From contig CM126206.1 in assembly GCA_052327205.1 (NCBI GenBank), positions 205,158,001 through 205,222,000 on the forward strand: DNA of 64,000 bases. Reading direction: 5' to 3'. This DNA comes from Somniosus microcephalus (Eukaryota). The notes beneath the pieces are model-generated. The model was not told the DNA's origin. It did no database searches and was given only the letters and a program-made list of their open reading frames with translations. Below, in pieces: positions 26,892 through 40,288 of this stretch (position 1 is the stretch's first letter; every line of letters starts with the position of its first letter). Position numbers and translations under genes: made by a program.

Positions 26892-29401
26892 TTACTTTTT
26901 CAGCTTAAATTTTAATGGGGAGAAATGTGCTTCTGGCATGTCATCAGGATGCCAAGACAACTTGCAGACAGCAGGAGCTACTGCTTATTTTATTAAGAAA
27001 TTAACTTAACCAAAGTCATTAAGAATATAGCAACATTGCTCAACTATTAGACGAGGGCCGGATTTTTTTTTTTTTTTTTTTTAAAAACAGGTTGTGCGGG
27101 TGCGGGCTGCACAGCAGGTCGGGAGCCCAAAGATATGAACAGCACGTTCTCCACTACGACTTTTAATTAATGGCCCCCATTAAATTAGTCATATGCGTTT
27201 GCCGGCCCTATTAAATGGTGCGGGTCTGATGACTTCATCAATGACTAATTTCCAGTGGGGATATTTAAAGCAGCCTTGACCACATCACATTTGAAGGTTC
27301 ATGTAGGAGTGTGGAGGGAGTATTGTAGAGGATTGAGTTATTGCTGCAAATTATAAAAATGAGTTTCCAAAGACAGAGGGATGCACCCCGCATTTCGGAT
27401 GCTTCGCTACATAATCCGAAGGAGGGCGTCGGAGCACGCAGGGCGGTCAAGACCTCCCCAAGAGACCAAAAGGGCATGGCTTGAAAATGCTGAGGAGGTC
27501 AGCTTCAGGGATGTCATCAGGAGGACATGGGTACAGTAGATTGAGACATTCAATGATCTCATGAGGTCAGGAAAGGTGGGTGCAAAGCCACACTCACCTT
27601 CATCCTGATGTGCCTGTCACCACATCCCCATCACTCTGCCTTCCCAAGCCTACACCTGTGCATCACTCCTCACACCAACCTACCTTCCAGGTCCACCCAT
27701 CCCTTCACTGTCTATGCACCTACTCACATCCCCATCTGACTAACCACCCCTGACACTCACCCACATCCTCATGCAATCATACCAAGTAACACCACAGAAG
27801 GCCATTTGGCATTGGCACCCCGCTCCCTCAGTCACCCTCTGTAACCCATCCATTCCTTACACTCATGCCATCACTCTCACTCAAACTTCTCTTCTTTCCC
27901 TCCTTGTAGAAGAGAGCCCACAACAGGAGGGAGAGACAGCGAACCGGAAGTGGCCGTCCAGTTTTCAGCAAGTTGACTCCTGCAGAGGAGGCGGCCCTGG
28001 AGGTTTCCGGAGGTGGAGAGCTGCTGGCAGTGGGAGATGGAGAGAGGGGGACCTCTCAGCAACCTGGTGACAGAATTACATCTCATAAAGCCACATGGCA
28101 TACACCAGTCACTCATATGGGGACGGGTGTCAGCAGCCAGTGAATGTTCATCATGTACACAATGGTATCGTTACTGAATCTTAATGTAACATTTCTAAAT
28201 CATCTCTTTACTCTCCCACAGGTTCCCCACTGTCCAGCCGGAGGAGGAAGACAACTCCGCAGAGGGACCTCCAGCCTCTGAGGGTGCACCGTCAGCAGGC
28301 CCAAATGCAACCAGCACCAGCGCAGATACCCACACCTCGGTGGGTCCTATGCGAGGTAGAGTAGTGTTGTGAAGTGTGGGACACCAGGTGACAAGTGAAC
28401 AAGAGCTGATGGTGTTGACAGGGACAGCAGTGGAGACTCCTCGCCAGAGGGCTCAGGACACTCCCAGCTCTGCTCAGCTGCATGCAGACGCTGAGCCGCG
28501 GGGTCCATCCAGAAAGGCGGCGATCCTGGAGGGGCAGTAAGAAGTGCAGGAGGCTCGGACAGGTTTTGCAGCCGCGATGTCTGCAAATGTGCAGAGAATG
28601 GAGGAGTCTATCTCCAACATGAGCAACACCATGTCACAGGTGATGGTGACTGTAGGCTCTTCCATGGAAAGGATGGCCACCTGCATGGAGCAACTAATGC
28701 ACCACCCACATGAGCACATGTTAGCTATGGAGAACAGATGGCAGAGGCTCATAGACCTTCTCTCTAGGAGGGATCTAAATGTAGACTTAGATCCTCATGG
28801 CCCCACTGCTATACAGCAAGGTGCTCTCCGGCTCCTTGCTAGCAGGGAAGTGCAGGTGGTCCACGAGAGGGATGATGGCGAGAGGGTACATGGAAGTGGG
28901 GGCTCATCTCAGAGCACTCCCATTCTCCCCCATTGCCTCCACTCGAGTCAGAGCCCCAGAGGCTTCCTCAGATCCTGATGGTCAAGTCTGCCCCTGCACA
29001 GTTGCAGGAGGAGCAGTCTTCGGCGGGGCCCTCACAGGCTCCAAAAACCAGAGGACGTCCGCCAAAAGTGTCTGATGAGTCGCAGCAGGGAAGTGAGCAG
29101 GCTGCCTCTACCTCTGCTGAAGCCACAGGGGTTGCACCTCGTAGAAGCACGCGTAAAAGAAAAAAGCCAATCCTAAATGCACAACGGTAGCACATGGGTG
29201 TATAAAGAAGTGTTTTTGTTAAGGTTCTGGTACTGTTATCACACATATAAATGTATTTACGTTCACCACTTTCCGGTCATACCCACTGCTGTCTGCTACC
29301 TTGGAAGTGGCTTTGTGAGTTGGAGTGAATGGTGAGTCATCACGTAACCGCAATGGGGGTTAATGTGAAAGGAATGGCTTGGTCACTGAGGGGGGGGGGG
29401 G

Positions 29402-29890
29402 GTGTTGCCCCTCCTCCTCGTCTTCCAGCTGTTGCCCCTCCTCCTCATCTTCCAGCTGTTGCCCCTCCTCCTCCTCGTTTTCCAGCTGTTGCCCCTCCTC
29501 CTCGTTTTCCAGCTGTTGCTCCTCCTCCTCGTCTTCCAGCTGTTGCTCCTCCTCCTTCAGCTGTTGCTCCTCCTCCTCTTCCAGCTGTTGCCCCTCCTCC
29601 TCCTCCTCCAGCTGTTGCTCCTCCTTCTCGTCTTCCAGCTGTTGCTCCTCCACCTCCTCGTCTTCCAGCTGTTGCTCCTCCTCCTCCTCCTCGTCTTCCA
29701 GCTGTTGCTCCTCCTCCTCCTCCTCCTCGTCTTCCAGCTGTTGCTCCTCCTCGTCCTAGTCTTCCAGCTGTTGCTCCTCCTCCTCCTAGTCTTCCAGCTG
29801 TTGCTCCTGCTCCTCTTCCAGCTGTTGCTCCTCCTCCTCCTCGTCTTCCAGCTGTTGCTCCTCCTCCTCGTCTTCCAGCTGCTGCTCCTC
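29402..29890. repeat. Minisatellite (CCT)nCGTCTTCCAGCTGTTGCT in the acidic tail of the Harbinger A transposase
   Basis: About 17-18 variable-length units; the minus strand reads (E)nQQLED, downstream of the CCALH motif. Confidence 0.9.
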
Positions 29891-32504
29891 CTTTTCTTCC
29901 AACAAAGCAGCTCTGGGATGTGCGCCTTGCTCCTCATTCAGCTCTAATCCTCGCTGCTGTGCAGGGCGCAGCATAAGACGATAACTGTGGAGACCCTGGC
30001 TGGTGCGTACTGAAGGGCTCCTCCAGATCTGTCAAGGCATCTGAAGCGCATCTTCAGCATGCCTACTGTTTTCTCTATGACAAATCTGGTGGACATGTGG
30101 CATTCATTACAACGCTCCTCGTCCTCATTGCCTGTCCTCCTCAAGGGTTTCATGAGCCATGTCTTTAGTGGATAGCCCTTGTTGCCAAGCAGTCAGTCGG
30201 TAAGTGTGTTTGGTGGTGCGAAGAGCTGAGAGAGGGTGAACTGGCACAGCACGAATTTGGCACACACATGCATGATGATCTTCCTATGGTTGCAGATGAG
30301 CTGCACACTGAGGGAGTGGAAGCTCTTGCAGTTCACAAACACTCCTGGGTGATGTTGGGGTGCCTTCATGGCCACATGTGCAGTCAATGATGCCCTGCAC
30401 CCGTGGGAAGCCAACCAGGGTGGCAAAGCCGAGCGCTCATTCAGTAACACTGGCTTCATCAGTGGCAAAGTTCACAAAATTAGCTGCCTTGCTAAACATG
30501 GCATCGGTGACCTGGGTGATGCATTAGTGAGCAGCCAACTGTGAGATGCAGCAAATACGAAAGGGAAGCAAGGATAGAAGCAAAAGACAGGAAGGAGAAA
30601 AGCAAAAGTGGCAGTCAGAGAAATCAAGGGTGTAAATCAAACATGGCCAAAGTAAATAATAATTCTAAAAGGTCTAAGTGTTAAAAAAACAAGCTTCAAC
30701 ATCCATGGGTATTCATTATTCAGGAAAGACAGGCAAAAAGGAAAAGGAGGTGGGGTAGCATTGCTGGTTAAAGAGATTAACACAATAGTAAGGAAGGATA
30801 TTAGCTCTGATGTGGAATCTGCATGGGTAGAGCTGAGAAATACCAAGGGGCAGAAAATATTAGTGGGAGTTGTATACAGACCCCCAAACAGTAATGCTGA
30901 GGTTCGGGATGGCATTAAACGGGAAATTAAAGACACGTGTAATAAGGGCACAGCAGCTATCATGGGTGACTTTAATCTACATATAGATTGGGCTAACCAA
31001 ATTAGTAACAATACTGTGGAGGAGGAATTCCTAGAGTGTATACGGGATGGTTTCCTGGACCAATATGTCGAGGAACCAACTAGAGATCAGGCCATCTTAG
31101 ACTGGGTATTATGTAATGAGAAAGGATTAATTAGCAATCTTGTTGAGCGAGGCCCCTTGGGGAGGAGCGATCATAATATGATAGAATTCTTCAATAAAAT
31201 GGAGAATGAAGTCGTTGACTCAGAGACTAGGGTCCTGAATTTAAATAAAGGAAACTACGATGGTATGAGGCGCAAGTTGGCTAGGATGGATTGGGGAATG
31301 TTACTTAAAGGGTTGACGGTGGATAGGCAATGGCAAACATTTAAAGATCGCATGGATGAACTACAGAATTTGTTCATCCCTGTTTGGCATAAAAATAAAA
31401 CAAAAAAGGTGCCTCAACCGTGGCTAACAAGGGAAATTAGGGTTAGCATAAGATCCAAGGAGAGGACATATAAATTGGCCAGAAAAAACAGCAAACCTGA
31501 GGATTGGGAGCAGTTTAGGATTCAGCAAAGGAGGACAGAGAGATTAATTAAGAGGGGGACAATAGAGTATGAGAGTAAGTTTTCAGGGAACATAAAAACT
31601 GACTGTAAAAGCTTCTATAGATATGTGAAGAGAAAAAGATTGGTGAAGTCAAGCGTAGGTCCCTTGCAGTCAGAATCAGGGGAATTTATAACGGGGAACA
31701 AAGAAATGGCAGACCAATTAAATATATATTTGGTTCTGACTTCACAAAGGAGGACACAAATAACCTCCCAGAGATGTCGGGGAACATAGGGTCTAATGAG
31801 AGGGAGGAACTGAATGAAATCAGTATTTGTAGGGAAATGGTGTTGGGGAAATTGACGGGATTGACGGCCGATAAATCCCCAGGGCCTGATAATCTACATC
31901 CTAGGGTACTTAAGGAAGTGGCCCTAGAAATAGTAGATGCATTGCTGGTCATCTTCCAAAATTCTATAGACTCTGGCACAGTTTCCATGGATTGGAGGGT
32001 AGCTAATGTAACCCCACTATTTAATAAAGGTCGTAGAGAGAAAACAGGGAATTATAGACCGGTAATGGGGAAAATGCTAGAGTCCATTATAAAAGATGTA
32101 ATAGCAGAGCACTTGGAAAACAGTGACAGGATCGGACAAAGTCAACATGGATTTACAAAAGGTAAATCATGCTTGACTAATCTACTGGAATTTTTTGAGG
32201 ATGTAACTGGTAGAATAGATAAGGGAAAATCAGTGGATGTGGTGTATTTGGACTTTCAGACGGCTTTCGATAAGGTCCCGATAAGATCCCGCATAAGAGA
32301 TTAGCATGCAAAGTTAAAGCACATGGGATTGGGGGGGTAAGGTACTGACTTGGATAGAGAACTGGTTGGCAGACAGGAAGCAAAGAGTTGGAATAAACGG
32401 GTCTTTTTCCGAGTGGCAGGCAGTGACTAGTGAGGTACCGCAGGGATCGGTGCTAGGACCCCAGCTATTCACAATATATATTAATGATCTAGACGAGGGA
32501 ACTA

Positions 32505-32830
32505 CAGGAAACTTTGGTTTATCCGGAGGTTAACTGTCCGGAATGCTCGAGCCACCGGCAAAAATCAGGAGCCGTATAGTTAGTTTTTTTTTCTTTTCGT
32601 TGCTTTTTTTTTCCACCAGTCAGGCTCTGCAATGTCTCGCTGAAGCTGTTGCTAAGCTACAAAGATGCTTGCAAGGTATGGCCGACTGTTTAGAAGCTGT
32701 TGCTAAGCAACAGGGTTTGTTGCCAGATACGGAGCTCAAAATCTCCGTATGTTTCAACATTAGCGCTGGTTTGTCCGGCAGTTTTGATGGGACGGCAACA
32801 GCTCGGTCCCGTATAGCACAAAGTTTCCTG
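32505..32830. mobile_element. TA-target MITE, copy 2
   Basis: Same TIRs as 13376-13693; removing it plus one TA restores the CR1 sequence GGAACTAGATGTAAT. Confidence 0.88.
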
Positions 32831-34211
32831 TAGATGTAATATCTCCAAGTTTGCAGATGACACAAAGCTGGGTGGGCGTGTGTGCTGTGAGGAGGATGCT
32901 GAGAAACTCCAGTATGATTTGGACAGGTTGGGTGATTATACTGCATCTGCCATGCATCTGCCCAATGTGGATAAATGCGAGATTATCCACTTGGTGGCAA
33001 AAACAGGAAGGCAGATTATTATCTGAATGGCAATAGATAGGGAAAAGGGGGAAGTGCAACGAGACCTGGGTGTCCTTTGTAGGGTTCTCAAAATTCCCAC
33101 ATTCCCCAAAGTTATTAATAAAGGGACCCTGAAGGACAAGTTATTAATAAGGGTACCCTAAATGAAATGGCTTCTGGACCTTGTGGCAGAAACATGCAAG
33201 ATTGAAAGCAGGACCCTGCAAAACAGGTCAAGTTCAAAAGGGCTTTGAAAAACCTGACATGCCTGGGCCTGTGGGAGACTTGTTATTTTTGAAGCCAGAC
33301 AACTAGATAATACAGAATACACATTCTTCATTTTGAAACAAATCAACTCAGGAAAGACTTAATCTTGAACCCATCAAACCTTTGCATAAATAATCGCTTA
33401 CAGTTTAAACTGGCTACCAAGCCAGGAAGATACCGATTCACATTATGCATAACACCGAGACATTAAAGACCATTTAGCAACGGGGCAACCACCCAAAAAG
33501 CAGTTAAAGTGAACGACTATAATCACCTTAGACGAGCCCGCCAAAATTAGACAAAGAACTAGCCCTAATTTGGCGCGCAGGTAACAACCTCCAAAAGAGT
33601 ATAATTGTAGGAAGACAAGCAGGCAAATGCGGGGACGAACTGCTACGGAGATGAGCGAGCAGAGAAGGGCAGTGTGGTGAAGCGTTGGGGACAAGCAGGC
33701 ACACGCTCAGGTCCAGGTTACTCGAAATTCAAAGAAGCAGCATGAAACATCATGGCGAGGAGGCACGGTGGGGCAGGTTCCACCGAAGATGACTAGGCCG
33801 CAACCGCAGCCTTACACAAGGAATGACCACGAGCACCGCGGTAACAAAGGGCGCCGGCTAAACCATACCTTCAGATCATTACCACTGCACAGGTAACGAT
33901 CTAGGCCATTGCGACCGAGCTGACACCAAAGACCGCCAACCGAACCCCAACCGCAACAAAACCTCGACGACCAGACCACCACCGGAAGAACAAAACCCGA
34001 AGTTTTCCACTCTACAAGATAAAGTACCCAGCAAAGACTTTACTCCCTATCTCTAACGGAGAAAAGAGGGTAATTTACTCAGACGAATCCACCACTGCGC
34101 TCTGGGACCATGTGGCGACGACAGGCCCCAAAGGACACAAAGAGCGAACCCCAAAACCGCAACCGGCTTAATCGACAGGATTCGACCTGTCAAGAAACCC
34201 TTATTGGTGAG

Positions 34212-37200
34212 TGTGGTAAACCACTGTTATTGTATATTGTTACCTCTGGGTGGCGCTGTGTACCAAGGCATGCATCAGCTGACTCCGCCCACATGACCAG
34301 GTATAAAGGTGGGGGTTTCGCCGACTCACTTCCTTCTTGGAACCAGCCACCCACGAGAGGCATGCTCTGTTCTCTAGTTAATAAAAGCCTTTTCATCACC
34401 TTCCTGATTCATCGTCTTTTATGGAGTAATTGATAAGCGTATCAATTTTATTAACTAGAAGTAAAATGGCGACACCTGAACAGCAACAACAGCAGGCGTT
34501 GCTGCGAGCCCTCAGACCGGCATGCCTGGACCTCGACCCTCAAGCAGCGGGTTCATCAACCAATTTCGAACACTGGCTGAGCTGCTTTGAATCCTTCCAA
34601 GGCGCCTCCGCCGTGACATCGGAGGAGAACAAACTAAAAGTTTTGACCGCCCAGGTGAGCCCTCAAGTATATACGCTCATCCGGGACGCTACTACGTACA
34701 CGGCGGCCCTCGAACTACTAAAAGGGCAATACACGCGCTGAGTGAACACGATTTACGCCAGACACCTCTTGGGATCCCGCAGGCAGCAACCGGGGGAATC
34801 GGTAGAGGCATTTTTACGGGCGTTACAGACACTCTGCAGAGACTGCGACTGTAAGGAGGTAACGGCTGCGGGGCACGCGGAGGGACTTACTTGTGATGCC
34901 TTCGTCAGGGGCCTCCAGTCCGACTACTCCCGGCAGAGACTGCTCGAAAGCAAGGAGCTCGACCTGAAGACGGCCGTAGCCCTTGCGCTCTCGCTAGATG
35001 CAGCCCACCGAAACCTCGAAGCATACTCACGTAACGGCGCCGCGCCATGGCCATCGCGACCGTGGGACATGGGACCGCCGCCCCCGGCACCAACTGCTGC
35101 AGCGATGTCCCGAAATCAACTGGGACAGCCGCCCCCGGTAAGAACCGCAGCGATGCCCCGTAACCAGGCCCAAAAATGCTATTTCTGTGGCCAGTTAAAA
35201 CACCCTAGAGCGCACTGCCCGGCTAAGACCGCTACCTGCTCGGGCTGCGGGAAGAAAGGCCATTACGCCAATGCCTGCAGGGGGAAACCAGCGAACGCCA
35301 GCAGCGCCGCGTGCGAACCATGGGGGCAGCCATCTTATCTGCCATTTTGTGCACCTCCGGCCGCATGGCCGCCGCCATTTTATCCGCCGCACTCAACCGC
35401 CACTTCGTCTCCGGACTCGACCACCGCCTCGTCGGACGACCATACCGACTCACTAAGCCATACACTGGCCTCCGTTACGCTGGATCAAGCCCTCCCTCAT
35501 CATCTATCCAGCTCCATGATGGATATCACGGTAAACGGCCGCGCCACCACTTGCCTAATCGACAGCGGGAGCACAGAGAGTTTTATTCACCCAGACACGG
35601 TACGTAGCCACTCCCTCACGGTCCTGCCGACGCGCCATCGGATTTCTATGGCGTCCAAGTCCCAGTCAATGGACGTCGGCAGCTACTGTGTGGTGACCCT
35701 TTCGGTTGGGGGCACAGAATATAAAAATTTTAAACTTCTAGTCCTGCCCCGTCTCTGCGCTGCCGTGCTGCTAGGGTTGGATTTTCAGTGCCACCTTAGA
35801 AGTGTCACATTAGCATACGGTGGACCCCTCCCCCCACTCCTCGCATATCTGATATGGTCAACCAGATTGCGCAATACAAAGTATTCTCCACCATTGACCT
35901 TAAGTCAGCATACCACCAGCTCCCCATCCGCCATGAGGACCGCCAGTATACTGCCTTCGAGGCGAACGGCCGCCTCTACCACTTCCTTAGGGTTCCCTTC
36001 GGCGTCACCAACGGGGTTTCGGTCTTCCAAAGGGAGATGGACCGGATGGTTGACGAGAACGCGCTGCAGGCCACCTTTCCCTATCTGGATAACGTCACCA
36101 TCTGTGGCCACGACCAGCAGGACCATGACGTTAATCTAGAAAAATTCCTCCGTACGGCCCAACGGCTGCACCTAACGTACAATAAAGAGAAATGTATGTT
36201 TCGCACCAAACGCCTCGCCATTCTCGGCTGCGTGGTGGAGAACGGAGTCATCGGGCCCGACCCCGACAGAATGCGCCCCCTAATGGAGCTACCCCTCCCC
36301 CACTGCCAAAAAGCACTGAAGAGATGCCTGGGGTTTTTCTCCTACTATGCCCAGTGGGTGCCCCACTATGCAGACAAAGCTAGACCCCCTCATCAAATCC
36401 ACCTCCTTCCCCCTGACACCAGAGGCGTGTGCAGCCTTCACTCTTATCAAGAGCGATATCGCGAAGGCCACAATGCACGCAGTGGATGAGTCGATCCCCT
36501 TCCAAGTGGAGAGCGATGCATCCGACTTCGCCCTAGCTGCGACCCTTAACCAGGCGGGCAGACCCGTGGCCTTTTTCTCAAGGACCCTCCAGGGCCCCGA
36601 GACCCGACACTCCTCTGTTGAAAAGGAGGCCCAGGCTATTGTGGAAGCGGTGCGTCACTGGAGGCATTACCTGGCCGGAAAACGGTTTACCCTGCTCACT
36701 GACCAGCGTTCAGTAGCTTTTATGTTTAATAATAAGCAGAGGGGCAAAATCAAGAACGACAAGATCTTGAGGTGGAGAATCGAACTCTCCACCTACAATT
36801 ATGATATCTTGTACCGGCCCGGGAAACTAAATGAGCCCCCAGACGCCCTATCACGTGGTACATGCGCCAACGCGCAGGTTGATAGACTGCAGACCCTCCA
36901 CAATGACCTCTGCCACCCGGGGGTCACCAGGTTCTTCCATTTCATCAAATCCCGTAACCTGCCCTACTCCATCGAGGAGGTCAGGACCATGACCAGGAAC
37001 TGCCAAATCTGTGCCGAGTGCAAACCGCACTTTTATAGGCCGGACAGAGCAAGCCTGATCAAGGCCACTCGCCCCTTCGAGCGCCTGAGCGTCGATTTTA
37101 AAGGGCCCCTCCCCTCCTCTGACCGCAACGTGTACTTCCTCAACATAACTGATGAGTACTCCCGTTTCCCGTTTGCCATCCCTTGCCCAGACATGACCAG

Positions 37201-38223
37201 TACCACGGTCATCAAATGTCTGAATGACCTCTTCGCCTTGTTCGGGTTCCCTAGCTATATACATAGCGACAGGGGCTCATCTTTCATGAGCGACGAACTT
37301 CGGCAGTACCTGCTAGCGAGAGGTATTGTTACGAGCAGAACCACCAGCTACAACCCCCGGGGGAACGGCCAGGTGGAAAGAGAGAACGCGACGGTTTGGA
37401 AGGCCGTCCTCTTAGCCTTAAAATCTAAGGGCCTTCCGACCTCTCGCTGGCAGGAGGTCCTCCCTGCGGCGCTCCACTCCATCCGGTCACTGCTTTGTAC
37501 TGCCACTAATGCCACCCCTCATGAGCAAATGTTCGTTTTCCCCAGGAAGTCCACATCGGGAACCTCGCTACCGGCATGGCTGACTTCTCCTGGGCCCGTC
37601 CTACTGCAGAGGCACGTAAGGACCCATAAAACGGACCCCCTGGTCGAGAGGGTGCGCCTCCTACACGCCAACCCCCAGTATGCCTGGGTGACATACCCAG
37701 ACGGGCGGGAGGACACGGTCTCCATACGAGATCTCGCACCCTCGGGTACCCCTGAACTACCACCGTTATCCCCCACCACCCCTCCCAATCCAACCCCTGT
37801 AGACGACATGCCGGAGCCCCAGGACCCTTCGTTGACCACCCAGACACCAGATCCGACGTTGGATGCTGCAACACCGCCGCCGCCGCCACCACGACGATCA
37901 GGACGTCAGACAAGGCCTCCTGATAGACTTAACTACACGAACTTGTAGTACCCTTCACCCCGCCGGACTTAATTTTAAACAAGGGGTGAATGTGGTAAAC
38001 CACTGTTATTGTATATTGTTACCTCTGGGTGGCGCTGTGTACCAAGGCATGCCTCAGCTGACTCCGCCCACATGACCAGGTATAAAGGTGGGGGTTTCGC
38101 CGACTCACTTCCTTCTTGGAACCAGCCACCCACGAGAGGCATGCTCTGTTCTCTAGTTAATAAAAGCCTTTTCATCACCTTCCTGATTCATCGTCTTTTA
38201 TGGAGTAATTGATAAGCGTATCA
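34212..38223 (+). mobile_element. Gypsy-1 (Mag-like) LTR retrotransposon inside the provirus 5' LTR
   Basis: 233-bp LTRs (34212-34444, 37991-38223) with one difference found by eye; GTGAG TSD; twin zinc knuckles, DSG protease, YLDN RT, RNase H, HHCC/DDE integrase; PPT AAGGGG. Confidence 0.93.
34466..37948 (+). pseudogene. Gypsy-1 gag-pol, disrupted
   Basis: In-frame TGA at 34739-34741, internal deletion at ~35840 removing the RT N-terminus, frameshift at ~36385. Confidence 0.85.
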
Positions 38224-38575
38224 GTGAGCATAGTCCCTGGCCCCTTATAGCACAATTTAGTTAGATATTGGGGGTGGGACAAGGGTAGGGGGTTTAATCA
38301 TGTGATTTTTCCCTCGATGTACCATGTGTTCCCCATTCTTAATTAAGTGTGTCTTTTATATGCCTGTAACTATTCCAGTAATTTTCAGTGTTGTAATTTT
38401 ATTGTGCCTTTAATAAAATACAGTTTTCTTGCATCAAACCAGTTGTCTACTCCAATTTGTATCGCAGCCTGTACCTAAGTCCGGAGTCTAGAACCACAGG
38501 GGTGTGGGAGCGATTCGAACCACTCAAAAACAGTCAGGGGCAAGCTGACTGCGTACACCAAAACCCCTACAGAAA

Positions 38576-38595
38576 TGGCGACCGCGGCAGGACTC
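38576..38595 (+). promoter_or_regulatory. Provirus primer-binding site, tRNA-Arg(UCG)
   Basis: TGGCGACCGCGGCAGGACTC is the reverse complement of GAGTCCTGCCGCGGTCG-CCA, the vertebrate tRNA-Arg-TCG 3' end as I recall it; 4 nt after the LTR end. Confidence 0.8.
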
Positions 38596-38646
38596 CGGCA
38601 ACAGGGGTGCGATACAGTAGACTCTGATTCGGAGGAGCAAACTGTG

Positions 38647-40288
38647 ATGGAAGAGAGGATTTCTAATTATGTCTTCAGTAAGGTGAATATCACAAGAAGT
38701 GGATCACTAATCTGTTAAAAGCTGGGTGTCCGGTAGGTGCTGCAGCTAAATGGACAGAAGGGAAGGATCATAGGAAATCCATGGAAAAGGCAGTCTGGCT
38801 GATGTGCTTCAAGAAACAGATCCAGCTTTTGGACAGGCTCGTTGAAGCACAGGCAGCCGAGATATGGGAGTCAGCCCTGGAAGTTGAAGACAGGACTCTA
38901 GCACAGGAGACCAAGAGCAATGAGCTGAGGTTGCGGGAAAAGAATGCCCACCTAGCAAAACAAGTAAGAGAGCAGGAGGAGAAAGTAAAAGACATAAAGA
39001 CCGCATACAAGATAGCGAGCACACAGGGGTTCGAAGATGCAGATCACAGCCCCTGCAAGGAACAGATAGAGAATCTGAGCTCTAAGAAAAGCAAAGGGCA
39101 TGGTGTGCCTCATAAGCCCTAAGGCAGCCCAGGCCGACTTTACAGGGAACGAGGGGAAAGCGGTTCAGACACCACGGGTAGTGCCAAGGGACGATCCGGT
39201 TGAGGGGCAGGAGGACCCACGACCACCACCAGTAGCGCCAGGTTTCAGCGAGGTCTGGCAACAAGGGGGGGGTGGAGTTATGGGTAGAAACGGAGGTGGA
39301 GCAGCCCCCGCAAGAGAGGCTGGCACCGGGACAGATGTGCCCGGCCTGGCAGCAAAGGTTTGGCCCGCCCGCTAATGACGGGGAAGAGGGACCCCTCCAA
39401 AACCAGTTCGTAGTTCCCTATGGCACCCAACAGCGTAGGGCCATGGTAAGCCATATACCAAAGCTCACAGAAAAAGAGGACCCCTCGGTCTACTTCAGGG
39501 AAGTGGAACAGGCAGCCAGCATCAACGAGTGCGATGATGCCGAACAGACCAAAATGCTGCTGTTCTCCCTGGAGAGTAAGCTCCTCCAGTCCCTCTCGGA
39601 CCAGTGTAAGAAAGGACAGTGCGAGTATGGGGAGCTCAAGGAGGAAGTTCTCGAGGCCATGGGGATGAATGAGGGAAGTCCTTTCTCCCGAATGGAGAAG
39701 ACAGTGCAGCTCGCAGGGGAAACCCCGCAGGCTTTCGCAGACAGGTTGTGGCCGGTGTACAGGAGTGCCTGTACTGGGGCACCTGACCGGGCTAACCTGG
39801 ACCAGGATCAACTGACCCACTGGCTCCGTTGCCTGGTGGCAAACAGCTTGCCACAGGTCAGGGCCAAGGTGGAAGTCTGTTTTGACCCTAAGAATCCCCT
39901 GACTACCGAACTGACGGTGATCAGACAATTGACCCTAGCTTACAGGAATAGTAGGGGAACCGATGCACACCCACCTAAGGGGAAGGTGCATGAAGTAAAA
40001 CCCGGACAGGGTAGGAAGGAGTGGCATCAGGAAGGGAATAACCCCCCCAACACAAAGCTTAACTGTTATGGGTGTGGGAAGGATGAACACTGGAGGAAGG
40101 AGTGCAAAAACCCTTGGAAGGATAACAAGGGAAAGAATTCCTCAGCCCAAAAGACAGAGTTAGGAATCCCTCCCGCCACGGTCGAGTCCTTTTTGGACGC
40201 GATGAGGACCCTTTTGACTGGCCCAGGGAGGGTAGCAGCCACTACCGGTGCTCTGACCCCATCAGCCCCATCCAACCCACAGCCCTGA
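38647..40288 (+). pseudogene. Provirus gag (frameshifted)
   Basis: N-terminal coiled coil (ELRLREKNAHLAKQVREQEEKV), MHR-like QLAGETPQAFADRL, single CYGCGKDEHWRKEC knuckle. Confidence 0.85.

Larger units (their letters stand above)
33078..38571 (+). repeat. Provirus 5' LTR (~1.48 kb once Gypsy-1 is removed)
   Basis: Colinear with 49598-56755; TATA-like box near 38355 and AATAAA near 38412. Confidence 0.9.

Noticed and set aside
29329-29976. 215-aa Pro-rich ORF and overlapping Ser/Cys- and Leu-rich ORFs
   Set aside because: By-products of the triplet-based minisatellite inside Harbinger A; not a gene, and not CRISPR-like because there are no unique spacers.
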